A DNA stretch of 64,000 nt from the NCBI GenBank assembly GCA_963665845.2, contig OY762492.1, positions 512,001 through 576,000 of the forward strand, given 5' to 3'. This document shows positions 57,561-64,000 of this stretch, piece after piece; position 1 is the first letter of the stretch, and each line of letters opens with the position of its first letter. Both the position numbers and the translations under genes were made by a program. Below the pieces are notes generated by a model that had not been told where the DNA came from, did not search any database, and was given only the letters and a program-made list of their open reading frames with translations. The DNA is from Candidatus Poribacteria bacterium (GTDB lineage: Bacteria > Poribacteria > WGA-4E > GCA-2687025).

Positions 57561-58194
57561 CCGCATAGAACTTCTGGAGCGCGCAGCGCTGTCTCTCGTA
57601 GTTCAGGCGTTAAAAGATTATCGCACCACAGCCGCGACGATTTTTCGTGAAGAAACAGATGAGCCGCAAGACATTGCGGAGGATGTGACCCGAGAGGCGC
57701 TGGAGGAAATGGGAGTCTCAGGAATTAAGGAGCGGCTATACGGCAAGGTGGACGTGAAGAAGGCCATCTACCTCTTCCTCCCTGAAGTTCAACCCGTCGC
57801 GCTCATGCTTGACGCCAAGGCCGAAAAAGGCGACGAGCGTTCTGCCACGATACAGATGTCCCAAACATCCATGCGGGTTCGAATGTACCGCAAGGGTCAG
57901 GCGATAGACGAGGCAGGCAAACTGGATACGGTTATCAGACGGGGAAATCGCGATCTTGTTGTTGTGACGATCGTGGCAAAGTACCTCTACCAAGAACCTG
58001 GCGCTCTGAAAAAGATCATCGTTGCCTGCATTCCGAACGGCCTCCTCCAGAATCGATATAATCCCACCGCGGACGACACAATCTGGCGGATTGGTCGAGA
58101 CGCGCCCACGCTAGGCGAGGATTTTCGGGTTCGGCTCAGCTATCCGAAGCTCCGCCATAAGGCTGAGTGGCGGGTAGTTGAGGTGATCGTATGA
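57550..58194 (+). CDS. SfiI-family type II restriction endonuclease
   Basis: LVVQAL..Y, AED.T..AL, G.VD.K, LDAKA, Q.RYNP, GE..RVR...L....WR, as recalled for R.SfiI; overlaps the MTase. Confidence 0.8.
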   Translation: MHPDRIELLERAALSLVVQALKDYRTTAATIFREETDEPQDIAEDVTREALEEMGVSGIKERLYGKVDVKKAIYLFLPEVQPVALMLDAKAEKGDERSATIQMSQTSMRVRMYRKGQAIDEAGKLDTVIRRGNRDLVVVTIVAKYLYQEPGALKKIIVACIPNGLLQNRYNPTADDTIWRIGRDAPTLGEDFRVRLSYPKLRHKAEWRVVEVIV

Positions 58195-58246
58195 CGACAG
58201 CTGGGACCGCGGAGTCGGCATGTTCCGGACCTTGTTGATGACGATC

Positions 58247-60367
58247 TTATGAAGCGGAATTGTGAGAATCAACAAAAGCGCTCCAGTCGAAATTGCGAAA
58301 GCTGGCGCGGTATTCGCCCGGCTCAAGCCGCTTCGACTCGCCTTCCCAATGGACCGCCGCGGCGGTTTCAACATGAAGCGTTCCGTCGCCGCTCGCCCAT
58401 TCAACCTGAAAGTCGATCGGCTCTTCGGCTCGCAGCTCCGTTTTTCCGTTGATGCGCAGTTCGCGGAACCCGACGCATTGCATGCCGTTTTCAGAAACGC
58501 AGTAGGCGTCCGCGTCCATGAAGGCGCCGCGCTCGTTGAAGACGCCGAAGGCGCATCGTTCATCTCCTGCGCGAAAGCGGTTGGGACCGCCGCGCTCTAG
58601 TTGAAGGTTCGGCTCTATCGTGAAGAGGAGCGCGTGAACGGCGTCTTCACTGCGCCATTCGTCTGGAGTTTGGCCGTCTAAAGCGCAGACGCGCAATCGG
58701 TTCTGTCCGCTTTGGACAGCCCATTCATGCCCGGTTTTTTCAAAGGCGGCGTCCGGGTCGGTCGGTTCAAAGAGGCGCGCGAGGGAGGCGGGGCGTTGTT
58801 CGCCCGTCCGTTCGTCCGCAATCAAAATGTAGCGGTTGAAGCGCCAGAAGACGCGGCGCGTCCATGTATCAAACGCGAGGCGCATATACGCAAAATCGGA
58901 CATGTCCGCTGTGCGGAGGAGGCGTCCGCCGCCCGGCTCCTCTGTCCATGCCCCCGCTTTGAGCCATGCGCGTCCGCGCCAGGAGAGGCGGTTCATCTCT
59001 GCCCCGACGGAGAGATATTCGCCGTTTGGGCTAAGGTCCTGACGCAGCGCGGCGCGCGCCGTTTTTCCGCCAGGAGCGGGGACGGCGGATATGCGCGGGA
59101 TATTGCGCGGCTCTTCGGGAAGGCGGTCGGGCATGTAGGGGCTTGTCGTCCAGCTGGCGGCGATGTTCGCGTCCTCCGTTTCAAACCACCGCCGCAGCCA
59201 GAGCGGTTTGCCGTCGTTTGTAAAGGCTGCAATCTTGGAGAGCAGATTATGGGCATGCGGAGCCGCGTCTTCGCCGACGATACGGCGTTTTTCGTTGTCC
59301 GCGTCTGCCAGTATCGACTGCGCCATTTCGTTCAGCGGCGCCTCGTCCAGCCGCTCGTAATTCTCCGTCCTGAGCAGATAGGTCATCCATATGTCTAGGA
59401 TGGCGGGGTCTCTTGTGTCAGGGTCGTTCACATTGAACATGCGCTCAACCGCCTTTTCATGCTGCCGAAACGGGTTTTGTCCGTAGAGGCGGTTCAGACA
59501 GCTCCCGATATGGACGAGCGCCATCGCCTGCGCGCATGCGCCCCGCGTCAAGGGGCGGACAGGTTCAAAGGCGTTTGCGGCGTCTCTGCCGGCGCTCAGG
59601 AGCGTTCTGTCCATCTGGAGGCGAAACGGGTCATCGAAGTAGGGGCTGTCGTGTACGAGCGTCCATGCGAGCGCCAGTTTCCATGCATTTTCGGCGGGGA
59701 GAGGGCTGTTAAAGGCGCCGTTTAGCAGGCGGCGCGCCAGTTCCGCCCAGGCGGCTTGGTCCGTTTGATAATGGTAAAAGAGCGCGTCAACGGCGCGTTG
59801 TATCCGCGAATCGGGTTCGTTTTTGGCGGTTTGGAGAATGCGTTCCAGTTCAGCCTCGTTTGGAAGGGCGCGCTGGTTTTTTTCAGAGACGCAGAAGTTG
59901 AGACGGCGCAGATAAAGCGTTCCATCGCGTTCGGCGGTTACCTGTGAAAAGGAGCGGTGGAGGCCGATGACCGCTTCATGCGTCTGTTGATAGTCGGATC
60001 CGCCAATCAGGAGTATGTTTTTGCCGAGTCCGAGAGGGTTTGAAAGAGACCGTATCTCCACGCCGCGCGGGCCGGGATACGCCGCGTCGGTGAAACATAA
60101 GCTGCGTTGGTATAACTTTAGGATCGCTGGGTTGTCTAGAATGCTGCCGAAAAGGACGAGATGAAAATCGGCGAAGTCGTCGTCGGTAAGTTCGTCGGGC
60201 GCGACCTGGGCAGGTTCGGTTCGCGTGTATTCTCGGACGCGGACGCAGAAACGATGCGCAAGCTGGCTCCAGTTCGGCTTGTCCGGAGCCGCGACCTTGC
60301 AGTACGGGCGGGATTCGTCCGCGAGCGGGATCTCGGTCAAGCGGGGCGCTGGCGCGTCTATGTTCAT
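58247..60367 (-). CDS. Large hypothetical protein
   Basis: 706 aa; N-terminal LFGSILDN..YPG..G..IRS..NPLGLGKNILLIGGSD; ATGA overlap with tsaB. Confidence 0.7.
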   Translation of the reverse strand: MNIDAPAPRLTEIPLADESRPYCKVAAPDKPNWSQLAHRFCVRVREYTRTEPAQVAPDELTDDDFADFHLVLFGSILDNPAILKLYQRSLCFTDAAYPGPRGVEIRSLSNPLGLGKNILLIGGSDYQQTHEAVIGLHRSFSQVTAERDGTLYLRRLNFCVSEKNQRALPNEAELERILQTAKNEPDSRIQRAVDALFYHYQTDQAAWAELARRLLNGAFNSPLPAENAWKLALAWTLVHDSPYFDDPFRLQMDRTLLSAGRDAANAFEPVRPLTRGACAQAMALVHIGSCLNRLYGQNPFRQHEKAVERMFNVNDPDTRDPAILDIWMTYLLRTENYERLDEAPLNEMAQSILADADNEKRRIVGEDAAPHAHNLLSKIAAFTNDGKPLWLRRWFETEDANIAASWTTSPYMPDRLPEEPRNIPRISAVPAPGGKTARAALRQDLSPNGEYLSVGAEMNRLSWRGRAWLKAGAWTEEPGGGRLLRTADMSDFAYMRLAFDTWTRRVFWRFNRYILIADERTGEQRPASLARLFEPTDPDAAFEKTGHEWAVQSGQNRLRVCALDGQTPDEWRSEDAVHALLFTIEPNLQLERGGPNRFRAGDERCAFGVFNERGAFMDADAYCVSENGMQCVGFRELRINGKTELRAEEPIDFQVEWASGDGTLHVETAAAVHWEGESKRLEPGEYRASFRNFDWSAFVDSHNSAS

Positions 60368-61071
60368 GAGGCGTCCTTCTGTTGAGCGGCCAATTCCGCT
60401 TCGGGCTTGCGGATGTAGATCGGCGCGGCGGCATGAATATCCCGATACGCTTTCGGGTTTTCGCTGTAGGCGAAAGATCCGATGTCGGCGACATCCGCGG
60501 GGCTGATCCAGTCGGTCGGTCCGCTGTTGAAATGGGCGAGCTTTTTGAGCTTCGACCAAATCTGCATGCGGTATGTTTCGGCTCCGCTTCCGACAAACAG
60601 CGTCTCCTCCTCAATGCTCTCCACAACCTCTTCGACGGATCGGCAGCGCGCCGGTCCGACCCGTTCCAGCTCATCGCCGGAGGCGGAAGGGCGGTAATGC
60701 CCCTCGTACACCTCATTTTTGCGCGCGTCGAACAGAACGCAGATGGGGCGGCGCGCATGCCGATACCGATGCGCCGCCGCATCCAGCGACGGGACGCAGA
60801 CGAGCGGCAAACCGCATGCATACGCCAGAGCCTTCGCGCAGGACATGCCGATGCGAACGGCGGTGAACGATCCCGGACCCGCCGACACGCAGACCAGATC
60901 CAGCGACTTGGGCGTCCATCCGACAAGCCGCATGAGATTGTCAAGGGCGGGCGTCAACCTTTCGGCATGACGCCGCTCCATATCGGCGACCGTTTGACCC
61001 GCGATCCGCCCGTTTTCTACGAGAGCGGCGCCGCCCGTTTGCGCAGATGTATCGATTCCAAGGACGCGCAT
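60364..61071 (-). CDS. tsaB: tRNA t6A biosynthesis protein TsaB
   Basis: LGIDTS, HAERL, GPGSFT.VRIG, DARKNEVY, PIYIR. Confidence 0.93.
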   Translation of the reverse strand: MRVLGIDTSAQTGGAALVENGRIAGQTVADMERRHAERLTPALDNLMRLVGWTPKSLDLVCVSAGPGSFTAVRIGMSCAKALAYACGLPLVCVPSLDAAAHRYRHARRPICVLFDARKNEVYEGHYRPSASGDELERVGPARCRSVEEVVESIEEETLFVGSGAETYRMQIWSKLKKLAHFNSGPTDWISPADVADIGSFAYSENPKAYRDIHAAAPIYIRKPEAELAAQQKDAS

Positions 61072-61073
61072 CG

Positions 61074-62279
61074 TTACGCCCGCGCCCCGTCCAAGATCGA
61101 CCGGTAAACCGAGTAGGTTTCCAGCTCTTGAGGGAGGAGAACCGCTTTTTTCAGGTAAAGCCCCTTGTTCCGTTTTCCGCGTTCGCGGGCGATCTGTCCG
61201 CGCGATTTCATTTGGTCTAGGCTTGCGCCTGCATGCGCCACTTCGCCGTCGTAGAGACCGATGAACTGATTTGGAAATCGGCGCACGTAGTCGTCCCTGT
61301 TTTCTTCAAACAGCTCCGCTTGATCAGCGATGGATCGGCGTATCTCGTCCAGCAGGCTTGGCTCGTTGTTGCGGTCGGCGAAGTAGCCTTCAGCCGCGCG
61401 GAGCGGATCGCCGCGCAGGTCAATCTCTTCCAGCTCGGCCGGTCCGAGACCGCGTTCCGCCGCCAACTTGACAGGGTTGCGGTCGAAGTGGAAGGGAGAG
61501 TCGGGGTAGTCGCCAAGCGGATCGAAACCCATGATGTGCATGGCGGCGGCGTCCGCGGCGATCGTGTTGTTGCCGGCGATGAGCCATCCTGGTTCAACCG
61601 CTTCGGCATGCCATTCGGCGCGCGTCTGCCCGACGATTCCGTCGATGACGCACAGGGAAGGGCGCAAAATCAGCCCAAGATCCGCGATGACGCGCGGCAG
61701 GCGGATCGGCGCATGAAGATAACGGCGCGGGCAGCCGTAAGCGCTGGTGGGCGGTATCCCGAACAGATTTTTGAGCGTCAAGGTCGCCCCGGTGGAGAGG
61801 TGCGCCTTCATCTTGGCGATGGAGACGACCGCGTCTGCCGCCGCCATCTCTTCGCTCATCACATATTCACTGAACATGAGTCCGCCGCCAGGAACCTCAA
61901 AGTTGGCGTACGGCTCGTCGTTGTAGTCGACGATCTCGACATTCAGCCGTTTGAGCGGTTCGGTGATGCCGACCGCCTCCGCCACCTCTTCGCATCGTAT
62001 GCCGGTGGAAGCGTCCCCTAGAACGATGCGCGCGTCGGTACAGCCGCGCAGCCATGCGGCCGTCGCTGCGACGACGGAGGCGTCCGCCAGCGCGATCTGC
62101 CGCCCCCGTTTCAACCGCACATCCTTGATGCCCAAATTCGATTTAATGGCGATCCGCTCCATAGAGCCGAACGACTCCGCCATGCCGTCCATGTTGTCGA
62201 GCATGTCGAACAGCGCGGCGCGTATTTTCTCGTCGCTTGCGTCGGAGCCGCAGTATCGGGCGTTCACAATCGGTTTCAT
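61074..62279 (-). CDS. DUF362 domain protein
   Basis: IKSN, KMKAH...GATLTLKNLFG, VIDGI, AADAA. Confidence 0.82.
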   Translation of the reverse strand: MKPIVNARYCGSDASDEKIRAALFDMLDNMDGMAESFGSMERIAIKSNLGIKDVRLKRGRQIALADASVVAATAAWLRGCTDARIVLGDASTGIRCEEVAEAVGITEPLKRLNVEIVDYNDEPYANFEVPGGGLMFSEYVMSEEMAAADAVVSIAKMKAHLSTGATLTLKNLFGIPPTSAYGCPRRYLHAPIRLPRVIADLGLILRPSLCVIDGIVGQTRAEWHAEAVEPGWLIAGNNTIAADAAAMHIMGFDPLGDYPDSPFHFDRNPVKLAAERGLGPAELEEIDLRGDPLRAAEGYFADRNNEPSLLDEIRRSIADQAELFEENRDDYVRRFPNQFIGLYDGEVAHAGASLDQMKSRGQIARERGKRNKGLYLKKAVLLPQELETYSVYRSILDGARA

Positions 62280-62310
62280 CGTCTCCTCCTATTCATCTCC
62301 TGTCCGCGCG

Positions 62311-64000
62311 TCAGGCGTCCAGCTGCATTCCGCCGGCGCTTCTGACAAACGCGACCGTTTTCAATCCTCTCGTCAATCCGTTCATCTGATCTACGTCCTG
62401 CTCGTCGGCGTCGTCAATGCGCGGGAATCCGACGAAGGTGAGCGCCGCGTCTTTCGACTCGCGCCGCAGAGCCGCCCCGGCGTCGCTTGAAACGGCGACG
62501 ACCGGCTCCGCCTCAATGCGCGCCAATTCGGACAGCTCCCTTAGGTTCTGGAGCGTCTCTTCGCGCTCCGATTCGTTTGCTGCGACTCGAATAAGCCGAA
62601 TGGGGCGCGCCCTCCATTCCGAGCTTTGCGTCAAGAGATGCGCCAAAAGCAGCATGAGCGACCCGTTCGCGCCGCCGCTCCACCACACATCGACCGGCCC
62701 GTCGGGCGTCTGCCATGGATCGCCGTTGTCCTCTTCATAACGCATGGCGACGACGCTGCAGTCCAGCTGCGTCACCGTATGCAGCGTCCGGCAGAGCGTC
62801 TGCGCCGCCTCTGAAGTGATTTCGTTCGGCCACTGAATGAGCGTCGTATTCGGACGAATGCCGCCGATGCCGTGGCACTGCGCCAGGGAACGAATGCCTT
62901 CATCAACGTCAGGCGACACCACCGCGACGGTGAAGGCGGAAACGCCCTGCTCTTGAATGAATTCGCGCAGCTCCCGCTCCTGAATGTCTCGGCTCCGCAT
63001 CCAGTGGTTCGGGTCGCCGACGATGATCTGCGCCAACGACAGAATGCCGCGATTGCTTGCAAACCAGTGTCCGTAAGCCGCCAGCTTCCGCTGATCCCAC
63101 TCGCCGCTCATCGGCGCAAGGATGGTCGGGCGCCAATTTTTGGGATGGTATTTGACCTCTTCCAGCCTGAGCAGATTTCGGCGGGCGCGTTCATACATCC
63201 CGCCGCTCTGAACGTCCCCCCAGTGCCATTCGATCTCATGCCGGCGGATCAGATAGTAGATGACGCCCATGACAGCGATGGAGACGATTGCCCAGACAGG
63301 CTCCACAAGAAACATGGCGGCTGCGCAGCCCGCCGCGCCCAGAAGCGCCGTTGACCAGTGAGAGAAGCGGAAGCGGGGGCGGTAACTCGGGTTGCGGGCA
63401 AACGCTTCGCTGAAGGTGGCAAAGTTCAAAACCCCGTAGGTGATCAGAAAAAACATGGTGATGACAGGCGCGATGGCGTCCAGATCGCCGACCATGATCC
63501 CGATCTGCGCGATGCCAAAGGTGAGAACAATGGCGCGGCGCGGCTCGTTCGCTTTTCCGCTGCCATGTCCAAAGAAACGGAGAACGCGGAACACGTCGTC
63601 CACGCCGAACTGCTGGAGTATTCTGGGCGCGCCCATCATGCTGCCGAGGGCGGAGGAGGCTGTCGCCGCCAACGCCCCCGCGGTGATGAGCGGCGTCCAT
63701 TTCGCCAGATCTGCCATAGCGCGTTTGCCTTCCGCCAGCGCGGGAAGCGAACGCGCCGCGCTCATGCAAACAACAATGCCCGCATACACGACTGTTGTCA
63801 CGCCGATGGCAAGCAGCGTCCCGCGTGGAATCGACCGCCCAGGGTCTTTCAAGTCGCCCGACATGTTTGCGCCCGCCATGATGCCGGTCACCGCTGGGAA
63901 GAAGATGGCGAACACATCAAAAAAACCGTCCCCTTGAGCATAGTTCGTTCCGACATTCTCCCGCAGCTGTCCAAGGTCAATCTGCGGCGCAACCCCGACA
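62311..64000 (-). CDS. Amino acid permease / cation-chloride cotransporter (SLC12-like), 5' part outside window
   Basis: FAIFFPAVTGIMAGANMSGDL, NEPRR, KNWRP, GIGGIRPNT, DVWW..NGSLMLLLAHLL. Confidence 0.9.
   Translation of the reverse strand, partial: VGVAPQIDLGQLRENVGTNYAQGDGFFDVFAIFFPAVTGIMAGANMSGDLKDPGRSIPRGTLLAIGVTTVVYAGIVVCMSAARSLPALAEGKRAMADLAKWTPLITAGALAATASSALGSMMGAPRILQQFGVDDVFRVLRFFGHGSGKANEPRRAIVLTFGIAQIGIMVGDLDAIAPVITMFFLITYGVLNFATFSEAFARNPSYRPRFRFSHWSTALLGAAGCAAAMFLVEPVWAIVSIAVMGVIYYLIRRHEIEWHWGDVQSGGMYERARRNLLRLEEVKYHPKNWRPTILAPMSGEWDQRKLAAYGHWFASNRGILSLAQIIVGDPNHWMRSRDIQERELREFIQEQGVSAFTVAVVSPDVDEGIRSLAQCHGIGGIRPNTTLIQWPNEITSEAAQTLCRTLHTVTQLDCSVVAMRYEEDNGDPWQTPDGPVDVWWSGGANGSLMLLLAHLLTQSSEWRARPIRLIRVAANESEREETLQNLRELSELARIEAEPVVAVSSDAGAALRRESKDAALTFVGFPRIDDADEQDVDQMNGLTRGLKTVAFVRSAGGMQLDA

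Noticed and set aside
53109-58194. Prophage or plasmid remnant (polymerase plus R-M)
   Set aside because: Separated by a housekeeping aminotransferase; no phage structural, integrase or replication genes.

Overview
GC-rich bacterial chromosomal window, possibly Candidatus Poribacteria (inferred from a recurring C-terminal 'LSVDPxGKxAxxWxxLK' motif). Housekeeping content includes leuCD, aroC-aroKB-aroQ-efp-accBC, anmK, moaDE, sodC, tsaB, an aspartate aminotransferase, and tRNA(CAT), tRNA-Glu and tRNA-Sec. The most notable signal is a layered mobile system. An IS4-like element shares its termini with ~168-bp MITEs. These MITEs carry a REP-like GTCATTCCCGC-N4-GCGGGAAT palindrome. Two inverted IS110 elements sit at the same position in that palindrome, and each has a readable bridge-RNA-like region. 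Swapped flanks suggest the ~7 kb between the IS110 copies was inverted. Other highlights are a UGA-recoded lipoprotein selenoprotein (UxxC plus SECIS hairpin) heading a 7-gene operon that ends in four uncharacterised membrane genes, a candidate ~84-nt sRNA, an apparent ATC start codon, a Klenow-only PolA-like polymerase and an SfiI-family R-M pair. All calls are by eye; no database searches were run.
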